This document shows positions 49,497 through 58,130 of a stretch of DNA of 64,000 nucleotides, one piece after another. The stretch's first letter is position 1. Each line of letters begins with the position of its first letter. The notes beneath the pieces were generated by a model. That model was not told where the DNA came from and ran no database searches. It saw nothing but the letters and a program-made list of their open reading frames with translations. The stretch spans positions 4,016 to 68,015 of the IMG/VR virus record IMGVR_UViG_3300032523_001366; one strand, given 5' to 3'. This stretch comes from a virus. The position numbers and the translations under genes were made by a program.

Positions 49497-50162
49497 ATGT
49501 CAGATAAAAGACTATCACATGAGGAAGTTGAAATCCTAGTAAGCGGAACTCCAGACACTGAATTTGTGGGGCGGGCTCCTGTAGACGAAGGCATAGTTGA
49601 TGGCAAAATAGACTCACCCTCTATGAGTGAGCTTAAAAAGCTGCCAGCCTTGAAAAGAGTAGAGCTATCTGACTCTCTGTCAAGCCTTACCAATGACTTT
49701 GTGTTCTTTAACCATACTATGCTGTTTTCAAAGGGAGGGTTAGACTTTGACCCCCTTATGGAGTATCAGGCGTGGTGCGGTAAAGATAGCGCTGTAAACT
49801 ACATGGTATTCAATAGGAAGATATTCAATAACTTCGACTTTCCAGATAAGAGCGGGGGTCATGACAGCCTTCTAGCCTTCACTACTGTAGAGCACTGGCC
49901 CGTAATAGAGAAAGCCATAGGATCACTTACTATTCTTAATCGAAGTAAGGATTACATGTTTCTTTGTGAGCTAGCTAAGGTTAAGATACCTGACCCCAAG
50001 AACCCTAAAATGTTCATAGAGCCTTATATATGGAACCTGAGAGGATCGATCTGTAGCTGGGAGTGTTCAGGATACCCAGTACCCCAGCTTATAAAGAAAC
50101 CAGCTAACTACGAAGCAAAACGACTTATGAGGGCCATTAAAAATGAGCGACTTGATCCCTGA
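49497..50162 (+). CDS. hypothetical protein
   Basis: 221 aa, AAGGAG SD. Confidence 0.7.
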   Translation: MSDKRLSHEEVEILVSGTPDTEFVGRAPVDEGIVDGKIDSPSMSELKKLPALKRVELSDSLSSLTNDFVFFNHTMLFSKGGLDFDPLMEYQAWCGKDSAVNYMVFNRKIFNNFDFPDKSGGHDSLLAFTTVEHWPVIEKAIGSLTILNRSKDYMFLCELAKVKIPDPKNPKMFIEPYIWNLRGSICSWECSGYPVPQLIKKPANYEAKRLMRAIKNERLDP

Positions 50163-50442
50163 TAGAAGATTCTTAAAGACTAAGACCTTTGTTGAAGAGA
50201 GAGTCTACGAGAGACCCGTAGGAGCAGCTCCAGATGACTGGCGCTTAGTTAAAGTAACAGAGCCCCTAGACGATACAGTTAATAACTGGGTCGTTAAAGA
50301 AAGGGTTACTATTGTAAGCACATCTCCTCCTGGAATTAACAGCAGGTGGCTAGACAAGGACATGACCAGTAGGGCAGTACTGATTGCTTTGACGATCATA
50401 TATGAAGGCGGCATAAATGAACAATGGCCAGAACGAGTCTGA
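50143..50442 (+). CDS. hypothetical protein
   Basis: 99 aa, overlapping operon gene. Confidence 0.55.
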   Translation: MSDLIPDRRFLKTKTFVEERVYERPVGAAPDDWRLVKVTEPLDDTVNNWVVKERVTIVSTSPPGINSRWLDKDMTSRAVLIALTIIYEGGINEQWPERV

Positions 50443-50761
50443 TTCAGGCCATGAAGGCGGGAATGACAATAAGTTCTACCTTATGATCATACCCGCTCAT
50501 GGTAAGCCGGAATGCAAGGAGTTTATATCGAAAGACGACCTTGTTTCCGAATTAAGATCCCTGTCTAAGAAAAGGGTATCTTGTCATGTATTTGAAGGGC
50601 AGCGCTGGCACATATCTTTACCTCCTCGCAAGCTTATTTCTCCAGACGGATCTATAGAGGCTGACCTATCTCACAACCCAGACTCAATAGACATAGACTT
50701 AGAAGGGTACCTTTTTGAAGACCCAGCTGTAGTCGACGACGAGGATGAATTCGAAGTTTAG
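50417..50761 (+). CDS. hypothetical acidic protein
   Basis: 114 aa, last gene before cassette A. Confidence 0.6.
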   Translation: MNNGQNESDSGHEGGNDNKFYLMIIPAHGKPECKEFISKDDLVSELRSLSKKRVSCHVFEGQRWHISLPPRKLISPDGSIEADLSHNPDSIDIDLEGYLFEDPAVVDDEDEFEV

Positions 50762-50777
50762 CGACATATCTACCTCC

Positions 50778-50805
50778 TAAATTCAGCTAAAAAACGCGTC
50801 ATAAT
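50778..50805 (+). promoter_or_regulatory. cassette promoter motif
   Basis: TAAATT...CGCGTCATAAT; one of six copies. Confidence 0.7.
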
Positions 50806-50851
50806 CATATGTTACGGCTACCCGCCGTCAACTGAAAGGGAGGGTGCAGAT

Positions 50852-51112
50852 ATGGAGATCATTGTTCTCCTATCCCTTGTCATATTTCTTGTCTGGGCGT
50901 GCTCGTCACGCAAAGGCAAGAAGCAGCCAGAAGGCGTAGTGCCCATGAGGCCTTACGTACTTCTGGATGGCCAACTCAGGGAAGTTGTCCATCGGAAAAG
51001 AATGGGTGGATCCGTAGTGTGTACGGTGAAGCCATTGGAGAAGGGCTGCCCTCGGGCCCGAGTAATCGTTCCTGCGGAAGGGAATGATATAACCTGGTTA
51101 CCTAAAAGGTAA
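50852..51112 (+). CDS. small membrane-anchored hypothetical protein
   Basis: GGGAGG SD; hydrophobic N-terminus ending WACSS. Confidence 0.6.
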   Translation: MEIIVLLSLVIFLVWACSSRKGKKQPEGVVPMRPYVLLDGQLREVVHRKRMGGSVVCTVKPLEKGCPRARVIVPAEGNDITWLPKR

Positions 51113-51136
51113 CCTCTTTATGAAGGATATAACACG

Positions 51137-51868
51137 ATGTTATCAGCTAATGGAGTGGTAGGTGGTGGTGTTTCTGGTTTAACCAAAGCGGCCTTAGAGG
51201 CCTTATTTGGTGGCGCTTACGATAGTAACGCCTGGGTCCTATGGCTGCCTGATGACGGGCAGTCGACCACCTTTAAAGGTGGGGACTTATTCACGGAGGA
51301 GAGGGTGATAGCCCTCGTGCGGTACGGAAACAAAAATGTTTCCGTCTGGAAGAGCATTGAAGGTCAAATGACGCCTATGTGCGTCTTTGTCCCCGCTAAG
51401 TGGGGATTTGGCAAGAATAAGAATATCCCAATAGCTTCGGCTTATGCTGAAGGCTTGTTGGGAGTGACGCCCGCCGACGGGTTCCTTGATCACCTAACCC
51501 TCCCAAAGAGGGTGGTAGGGTTTAGGGATGCAGACCTAGAGACGTTTGACGTCTCGGAATGCAATCAGAAGTACCTCTCGTCTCTGGCTAGGTCTAACGA
51601 CCCTGCCAAAATGGAGGCGTCATTTGAGGCCCTCAAGGCGAAGAAAATAGGGGGTATGAGCTTTATCCCCGAGGCGGTCTTACCGGACAGTTATGTTCGA
51701 GGTATAGATCAGCCATCTTTACTAGACTTATCAGGTTTGATCGATCATTTCAGGGAGCCGATTCCCCAAATGGTCTACCAGACTGCCTTAACCAAGCACG
51801 GGCTCGGTTATGGCGCCGCCCTCGGAGGAATCCGTAGGCGGGAGAAGAATACCCGAGGAAGGGCGTAA
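51137..51868 (+). CDS. hypothetical protein
   Basis: 243 aa, AAGGA SD; stop lies in a GTAA tetraloop hairpin. Confidence 0.65.
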   Translation: MLSANGVVGGGVSGLTKAALEALFGGAYDSNAWVLWLPDDGQSTTFKGGDLFTEERVIALVRYGNKNVSVWKSIEGQMTPMCVFVPAKWGFGKNKNIPIASAYAEGLLGVTPADGFLDHLTLPKRVVGFRDADLETFDVSECNQKYLSSLARSNDPAKMEASFEALKAKKIGGMSFIPEAVLPDSYVRGIDQPSLLDLSGLIDHFREPIPQMVYQTALTKHGLGYGAALGGIRRREKNTRGRA

Positions 51869-51869
51869 G

Positions 51870-52170
51870 CCTTTCCTCGGATAGGGCTATGGCGTTCTCT
51901 CCATAGCTTTGCAGGACCTGCGGTAGCGCTTATAATTCCTGATGCCGCTTAGACGGCTAGGGTGTAGTATGCGCTGCAGTAAGAGCTGCCCTTCAATGGG
52001 TAGAGAAGCTTAGGGGCACAAATGGTAACTCCTAAGTAGTATTCCAGGCCCCTGTTCGGCTAACCCTTCAATAAGGTGAACGACAGTCCAATACCGGTGC
52101 TCCCGGTTCTGAAGACTGGTTTGAGCGGGGGGCAGTTTAACTTCGACAGCCTCAGCAATGGGGCTGTCAT
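51870..52170 (+). ncRNA. candidate structured non-coding RNA
   Basis: ~300 nt with no ORF in the track; consecutive stems, e.g. GACAGCCTCA-GCAA-TGGGGCTGTC, CTTAGGGG/CTCCTAAG, CAGTC/GACTG. Confidence 0.45.
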
Positions 52171-52194
52171 TTAACATTAGCCAGGAGGGTAGTT

Positions 52195-52374
52195 ATGTTA
52201 TATGAAGCAGAAGTTATTGGGGAGTGGCGGGTTGATGCCGCTGTCGAAAGACAGTGCGTCCTCGCCGCGTTAAAGAGTGCCGAAAGGCACGGACCCGGAG
52301 ACTTCCGGGTTTTAACAGCTACCTCTGGAGGTAGCGTAGACGTGGTATACGTAAAAGTATACCTAATTAACTAG
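52195..52374 (+). CDS. 59-aa hypothetical protein (not in track)
   Basis: AGGAGG SD; MLYEAEVIGEWRVDAAVERQ...; five hairpins within the CDS. Confidence 0.5.
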   Translation: MLYEAEVIGEWRVDAAVERQCVLAALKSAERHGPGDFRVLTATSGGSVDVVYVKVYLIN

Positions 52375-52382
52375 ACCTAAAC

Positions 52383-52424
52383 CACAGGAGCCTTAAACGG
52401 CTTCTGTGATTTTTTTTTAGCTAT
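52383..52424 (+). terminator. terminator with AGCTAT tail
   Basis: CACAGGAGCC-TTAAAC-GGCTTCTGTG, T9, AGCTAT. Confidence 0.85.
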
Positions 52425-52656
52425 TAGATATCGTTACCTAGGATTACTTCTAGTACTAGAGGGATACCGTATCCCACCAGATATATGGAGGACATAATTA
52501 AAATCACATGATAGTAGGGATTGCCAGTTATGAAGTATCCTATATTATCTGCAATCCATACTATCCGATCTTCTAATCTCATGTTGCTTATTGCTCCAAT
52601 AAACAGTAGAAAGTTATAGTATAAGTTATTGCTTCAATATACTCGAAAGGATAATC

Positions 52657-53424
52657 ATGAACGGATATAACGGTCTAAGGTCTGTAACGGATGGATCAAA
52701 CATAGATCCAAATAGGAAGACAACCAAAATAATCGTAGATCCTCATGAGCTGGACTCATTCACTATAGACATAAGTGCTATGAAGTCGGCAGCTAATCCT
52801 CATGCAGTAAAGTGGCCCGATAAGCAGGCTGATCTTAGGTCCCTCAACGGTGTGGATAGGTCAAAGTTAATATCCGACAATCTTAGAAAGATGTCTAGGG
52901 ACGTAACTCAGGAGTCTCCCCCCAACCTAGGTACAGTGTCCGCTACTATTGATGGGGGTAATCACGCTAACCCGTCTGCAATGTTACCCGGTTCAGCCGT
53001 AACTCCACCGTCTGTAAGGGTTTATTTCGATATGCCAGGGCTGGCTACTCTTAACTCTAAGTATCATGGAGCAGCCTTAGTACCTGGGTACCTTGTCCTC
53101 ACGACGGATATGCGGTATGCAGGCCCAGGCGAGTTTTACCCATTTACTAGTAAGCTAGCTAACGAGTCTTCGGCATACATTGGAGTTATGGTAGAGGGCA
53201 TAGATAGCCTATTTCTCATCAGACCTCCAGCTATTACTCATAAGTTCGGACCTTACGAGCACTGCCTTGTACCTATCAGCCAAGAAAAAGAGCTTCCAGA
53301 AGAGATTAAGAAGAACGTTGATAAGGATAAAGAAGTGGAGGCGTCTCCACAAACAGAGTATGATGATAAAGTTGGTTATGAGGAATATGATAAAAAATCT
53401 AGCGACGATATCGGTGTACTTTAA
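52657..53424 (+). CDS. hypothetical protein
   Basis: 255 aa, AAGGA SD. Confidence 0.7.
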   Translation: MNGYNGLRSVTDGSNIDPNRKTTKIIVDPHELDSFTIDISAMKSAANPHAVKWPDKQADLRSLNGVDRSKLISDNLRKMSRDVTQESPPNLGTVSATIDGGNHANPSAMLPGSAVTPPSVRVYFDMPGLATLNSKYHGAALVPGYLVLTTDMRYAGPGEFYPFTSKLANESSAYIGVMVEGIDSLFLIRPPAITHKFGPYEHCLVPISQEKELPEEIKKNVDKDKEVEASPQTEYDDKVGYEEYDKKSSDDIGVL

Positions 53425-53472
53425 TATAAAGACATAAGATCGGTATCACATAAGCCTTAGGAGACTGGTTTC

Positions 53473-55425
53473 ATGCCCGACTATTCAGAAGGAGCCCTAG
53501 GACGCGGATGGGCACTAAACGGCCGAGGGGATGAACCGTTTCCAGATCCATTTATGGATTATGCCTCTACAGTTATGCCTGAGAATATCAGGGATGGCCT
53601 AAGGTACTGCGAGTTTATCTTTCATTCAAACTCAATGATAAGAGAAGCGGCTAGAAGGGTCTTAAGCTATTTTATCACTGACGTAGAGATAAGAGGCTTA
53701 AACGGTAAAGACTTAGGCGATGACGAGCGCCAGAAGTATGTATCATTCCTGGCTGAGACTCTAGACATAAAGACCATCCTGCACTCAGTAGGCCTAGACT
53801 TTCTCTGCTACGGCAATAGCTTTACCACTCTAGTAGTTCCCTTTAGAAGGTATCTCTACTGCCCTAAGTGCGGCCTTGATGTTCCACTAAAGAACATGAT
53901 TAATAATCCTAGCTTTGCATTCAAGTGGTCCATGCCTGAGTTTCAGGCTGTTTGCCCTAAATGTAAGTTCACTGGTAACTGGAAGCGAGTAGATAGGCGC
54001 ACTAACGAACCAGAAGAGGTGCGTATTAGGCGCTGGCCAGCCGTAGAAATGGAAATAAGACATGACCCAGTAAGGGATAACCGAGATTACCTGTGGCGTA
54101 TACCAGAAGACTATAGGCTTCAAGTACGCAGAGGTGACCCCCAAATCCTAGAGACTGTACCATGGGAGATAGTCGAGGCTGTGGCCGCTAATGGGTTTCT
54201 TCTATTCGACAAGAAGGCTGTACATCATATGTATGAGCCTACTCTATCTGGAGTAAGGTCTAGAGGTTGGGGCATCTCTAGAACCCTAGTTAACTTTAGG
54301 CACGCTTGGTATGTGCAGGTGCTTCATCGATACAACGAGGCTATCGCGCTAGACTACGTTATTCCGTTCAGGGTACTAACTCCAGAGCCACAGTCTAGCT
54401 CAATGCCAGAAGCCGGTGATCCACTTATGAACATGGATCTAGGCGGCCTCAGAGGCCAAGTCCAAGCCATGCTCAGAAAGCGAAGAAGAGATCCGGCATC
54501 ATGGAACTTCCTTAGCACTCCTATTAAGTACCAGATGCTTGGCGGAGAGGCTAGAAACTTAGCGCCTACAGATCTGCTAGAGGCAGGTATAACTAACTTA
54601 CTTAACGGCTTTGGTATGCCAGCTGAACTATACAGAGGCACCCTTAGTCTTCAGGCTGCTCTTCCAGCTATTAGACTCTTTGAGTCCAGCTGGCAGTACC
54701 TTGTTCACTGCCTTAATAGCTTCCTAGCTGAGACCATAAAGTCAGTAGGGGACGCATTTGGCTGGGAGCCAGCTACTTGCAGACTTATCAAGCCCTCTAT
54801 GCTTGACGATGTTCAGCTTATCATGTCCAAGATGCAGCTTATGCAGGCCCAGCAGGTCAGCCAGACTGGCGTGCTTAGAAGTATGGGTATGGACTTCAAA
54901 GAAGAGCAAAGGCAGATTCTCGACGAGCAAAGATTTGTTCAAGAGGAGCAAGCCAAGCTTCAGAAGAGTATGGAAGACTCTTCTATTATGGAGCAAATGG
55001 CTCCATCTGTAACTGGGCAGTTCATGCAGTCTATGCAGCAGGGAGGACAGCCTCCTCAACCAGGCGGAGCCCCTGCACCGCAAGGAGCTCAGCCACCTCC
55101 GGGACCTGCTCAGAGCGCACCTCAAGGCCAAGGAGCCCCTCCCCCTCAGGGAGCTGCAGGTATGGCCGCCCAAGGTCTGTCGCTATCTACTCCTACTGGG
55201 CCTAACCAGAAGGTAACTCCTCAGGACATGCAGGCAAAGGCACAGGCATTAGCGGATCAACTGCTAGCTATGCCTGAGTCTCAAAGACAGTCTGAGATGA
55301 CTAAGCTTAAATCCCAAGATCCGATTATTCATAGCTTGGTTAAACAGACCATAGGTAACATTAGACAGCAGGCCCAGACACAGGGAGCTAGAATGATGCT
55401 ACAACAACAATACGGCGTACAGTAG
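53473..55425 (+). CDS. probable portal protein with CPKC...CPKC insertion and Q/P-rich tail
   Basis: 650 aa; size and low-complexity tail fit large-phage portals; no diagnostic motif, so function is inferred. Confidence 0.5.
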   Translation: MPDYSEGALGRGWALNGRGDEPFPDPFMDYASTVMPENIRDGLRYCEFIFHSNSMIREAARRVLSYFITDVEIRGLNGKDLGDDERQKYVSFLAETLDIKTILHSVGLDFLCYGNSFTTLVVPFRRYLYCPKCGLDVPLKNMINNPSFAFKWSMPEFQAVCPKCKFTGNWKRVDRRTNEPEEVRIRRWPAVEMEIRHDPVRDNRDYLWRIPEDYRLQVRRGDPQILETVPWEIVEAVAANGFLLFDKKAVHHMYEPTLSGVRSRGWGISRTLVNFRHAWYVQVLHRYNEAIALDYVIPFRVLTPEPQSSSMPEAGDPLMNMDLGGLRGQVQAMLRKRRRDPASWNFLSTPIKYQMLGGEARNLAPTDLLEAGITNLLNGFGMPAELYRGTLSLQAALPAIRLFESSWQYLVHCLNSFLAETIKSVGDAFGWEPATCRLIKPSMLDDVQLIMSKMQLMQAQQVSQTGVLRSMGMDFKEEQRQILDEQRFVQEEQAKLQKSMEDSSIMEQMAPSVTGQFMQSMQQGGQPPQPGGAPAPQGAQPPPGPAQSAPQGQGAPPPQGAAGMAAQGLSLSTPTGPNQKVTPQDMQAKAQALADQLLAMPESQRQSEMTKLKSQDPIIHSLVKQTIGNIRQQAQTQGARMMLQQQYGVQ

Positions 55426-55431
55426 AAGGCT

Positions 55432-55968
55432 ATGGAACTTATTATGAGCACTATAAGCAATTTCTTTAAAATGATTATGGACAGCGGTCCGGCCACGGAT
55501 CACCCCGAGGACGCAGCCATGCTTACTAGCGATGAAGTTACAGAACTTCTTACCTTGAATAACAAGACAAGAAACGTATATAACCTTCCACCTTTAGCGG
55601 TAGATGATGACTGCTCCTTGGTTGCTAGGTCTCATGCTATATGGATGTCAAACTCTCAAAATGTATCCCACATGGGATTCAGCTTCTTTGGCCCTGTTCA
55701 GCGTATGGCTATAGTAGGTAAGGAGCCGGAGAGCATAGGCGAGTGCATCTCTTACTCTATAGGGTCTGATGTAAAGGACTTGATGAAGGCCTGGTTCCTG
55801 TCTGAAAGTCATAGAGTTATTATACTAGGTAAGTACGATAGATTCGGCGTGGGCAGAGTACTAGGCCCTCATGATGGTAATTACTATTGGTGCGCCATAT
55901 ACAGCACCTGTAAGGGTGCTCGCAATGCCCCTATTGTAAAGATGTCAGACAGCATAGTGGATCTTTAG
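55432..55968 (+). CDS. CAP/SCP domain protein
   Basis: NKTR...LPPL...ARSHAIWM...SH...GECI...WFLSESHR...YWC. Confidence 0.8.
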   Translation: MELIMSTISNFFKMIMDSGPATDHPEDAAMLTSDEVTELLTLNNKTRNVYNLPPLAVDDDCSLVARSHAIWMSNSQNVSHMGFSFFGPVQRMAIVGKEPESIGECISYSIGSDVKDLMKAWFLSESHRVIILGKYDRFGVGRVLGPHDGNYYWCAIYSTCKGARNAPIVKMSDSIVDL

Positions 55969-55979
55969 AAAGACACATC

Positions 55980-56585
55980 ATGTCTAAAGCAAATATGACC
56001 CCATTCTTCGAGTGGTTCAAGACCTTATCATCTACAAAGCCCTGGTTGGTCGTAGGTAAAGGCCCAAGCTTTAGTAAGGTAAGCAGTATAAATCTTGAAG
56101 ACTACTTAGTAGTAGGTCTAAACCATGTTATGTTTAAAATACCGTGCCTTTTAGGGCATGCTATAGATTATGAGGTTTACAATAAGTCGGATAATAAGTT
56201 TCTTTGCCAACATTTAGTAACTCCATGGGAGCCGCACATAGGCTTTAAGCCAGGAAACAAGAGCTTAGTAGATTTGGATGCCGCTAACAGAATAGGGCAC
56301 AAAGATGTACTATACTACAACAGCAGCAGGACAAGAAAAGTAAGCATGAGGCGCGGAGGCCCAGAGGTAAGGGTTAGACTATTCGGGGCGGTGGCTGTAA
56401 TGAACTTACTAGCCATGGCTGGTGTCAGACTAGTTAATACCCTAGGCATTGACGGCGGTACCAGTTATCATGATGAGTTTAACAAGAGGGATCTTCTCTG
56501 TAATGGAAGGTCATCATTTAATGACCAATTTTCAGAGTTTAATTTCACGAAGAAGAAGTATGGATTAGTTATAAGACCTATGTAA
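55980..56585 (+). CDS. DUF115/Maf-like sugar-transfer protein
   Basis: VVGKGPS, VGLN, LGID motifs. Confidence 0.55.
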   Translation: MSKANMTPFFEWFKTLSSTKPWLVVGKGPSFSKVSSINLEDYLVVGLNHVMFKIPCLLGHAIDYEVYNKSDNKFLCQHLVTPWEPHIGFKPGNKSLVDLDAANRIGHKDVLYYNSSRTRKVSMRRGGPEVRVRLFGAVAVMNLLAMAGVRLVNTLGIDGGTSYHDEFNKRDLLCNGRSSFNDQFSEFNFTKKKYGLVIRPM

Positions 56586-56650
56586 TTAAAATAAACATCG
56601 CTATTTGTTTATAAATCAGTTACTATGCCTCGTTAATATTGGAGAATACT

Positions 56651-57403
56651 ATGCCGAAGGGACCTATAAAGATTTTTGTTGGTACTGAACTTAAAACCAA
56701 GATAGCCTTGGACGTGCTTTCCCATTCCATTAAAAGAAATACTAGCAGCAATGTTGTTATAATTCCTATGATGGGTCCAGAATGGGAAGTACCAAAAGGC
56801 CTTCATCAGGGCACAGGGTTTAGCCTTAGAAGATTCATGATACCTCATTTTTGCAACTATGAAGGACACGCTATCTACCTTGACGCTGATCAGCTAGTCT
56901 TCGGGGACATATCCGAGCTCTGGGGATATGCAGACAGCCTTAAAGATGAGGCAGTAGCCTGTACTTACCAACCCGATAAGTTCAATAAGCAGCCATGGCC
57001 TCAAAGCTCTGTAATGGTTATAGATTGTGCTAAAGTTGGTTGGAACCCCGTAGACATGTGGGACACACTTAGAAGGGGATATAAGTATAGCGACTTCATG
57101 CACTTAACGTTTAGGCCTAATCTCCCGCTTAAGATACCTAATTTCTGGAATAGCCTTAATGTCTATGAGGACGCAACTACTAGGCTTCTACATTACACCA
57201 AAGAGCCCGAGCAGCCTTGGTATAAGCCAGGGCATCCCTTATCCCATTTCTGGGAAGCGGAGCTTGCAAAGGCAATAGCAGCTAAAGCAGTATCAAAATC
57301 TGACTTCCAATTTGCTTTAGACCTTTGGCATAAACCTAAGTTGGATAAGAGGTTAAGCCAAGGCCTTAATCCGTACTACAAGACTTATCTAGGAAAGTTC
57401 TAA
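56651..57403 (+). CDS. GT8-like glycosyltransferase
   Basis: TGFSLRRFMIP, AIYLDADQL, SSVM, WNSL, LLHYT...QPW. Confidence 0.8.
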   Translation: MPKGPIKIFVGTELKTKIALDVLSHSIKRNTSSNVVIIPMMGPEWEVPKGLHQGTGFSLRRFMIPHFCNYEGHAIYLDADQLVFGDISELWGYADSLKDEAVACTYQPDKFNKQPWPQSSVMVIDCAKVGWNPVDMWDTLRRGYKYSDFMHLTFRPNLPLKIPNFWNSLNVYEDATTRLLHYTKEPEQPWYKPGHPLSHFWEAELAKAIAAKAVSKSDFQFALDLWHKPKLDKRLSQGLNPYYKTYLGKF

Positions 57404-58116
57404 TGCGTATAGATAAGCTATACAACATTCATAGAGACTGTGACATATATATAGTCGGCACTGGCCCAACGGCTAGAGTTCTTCCAAAGGATATGTTTGT
57501 AGACAGAATCACCATAGGGCTTAACCAAGCCTACAAGAGCTTTAATGTTAGTTACTCTATAACAGTTCACCCTGAGCTGGAGATGGAACATAGCGTGCTC
57601 ATTAAATCTAACCCCAGGCTAAAGACTAGATGGGTAGTAAAGCATAAGTCACCAACCCGACTGCCATTTGACGATCCTGAACGGTATGTGTTTAATACTA
57701 GCCCCGAGTGGTCTAGCTTTTTAGGTAAAGACAAAGAAACCCTATTCATAGGCAGGGGTGTGCAGCAGACAGCTATAGACCTGGCTTGTAGAATGGGGGC
57801 TAGAGCTATATTTCTAGTAGGGGTTGACATGTCAGACGTTGGAGGAGATCATCACTCTCACAAGCAGCACGTAAGGTTTCATGGCCTTGCGCCGAAAGAC
57901 GTGTATGGTGAATATAGGGAATGGACTTATAAAGCTAGAAAACTGGCTAGAGAAAAGGCAAGAATTCCTGTATTATCTATTTCACCTCTCTTAGGGTGTG
58001 GTGGGTCTATACATGATGCTGATTACATTCAGTTAAGAGATGAGTTTGGGCTGGCTCCGTTGCCTGCTCCAAAAGACACCTCTGGGTATACCAGAGATAG
58101 CATAGATAAACCTTAG
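57403..58116 (+). CDS. DUF115/Maf-like sugar-transfer protein
   Basis: IYIVGTGPT, IGLN, MGARAIFLVGVD. Confidence 0.6.
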   Translation: MRIDKLYNIHRDCDIYIVGTGPTARVLPKDMFVDRITIGLNQAYKSFNVSYSITVHPELEMEHSVLIKSNPRLKTRWVVKHKSPTRLPFDDPERYVFNTSPEWSSFLGKDKETLFIGRGVQQTAIDLACRMGARAIFLVGVDMSDVGGDHHSHKQHVRFHGLAPKDVYGEYREWTYKARKLAREKARIPVLSISPLLGCGGSIHDADYIQLRDEFGLAPLPAPKDTSGYTRDSIDKP

Positions 58117-58130
58117 TTAGGAGCATTACG

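Larger units (their letters stand above)
50775..52424 (+). other. expression cassette A (promoter motif, 3 ORFs plus structured RNA, terminator-AGCTAT)
   Basis: Same start and end motifs as the 61756-64000 array. Confidence 0.7.

Noticed and set aside
51245-51265. Hammerhead ribozyme core CTGATGA
   Set aside because: No stem II-GAAA arrangement follows; it lies in a simple hairpin inside an ORF.
55020-55170. Repeat-like CAG/CCT-rich tract
   Set aside because: Explained by the Q/P/G/A low-complexity protein tail, not a DNA repeat.
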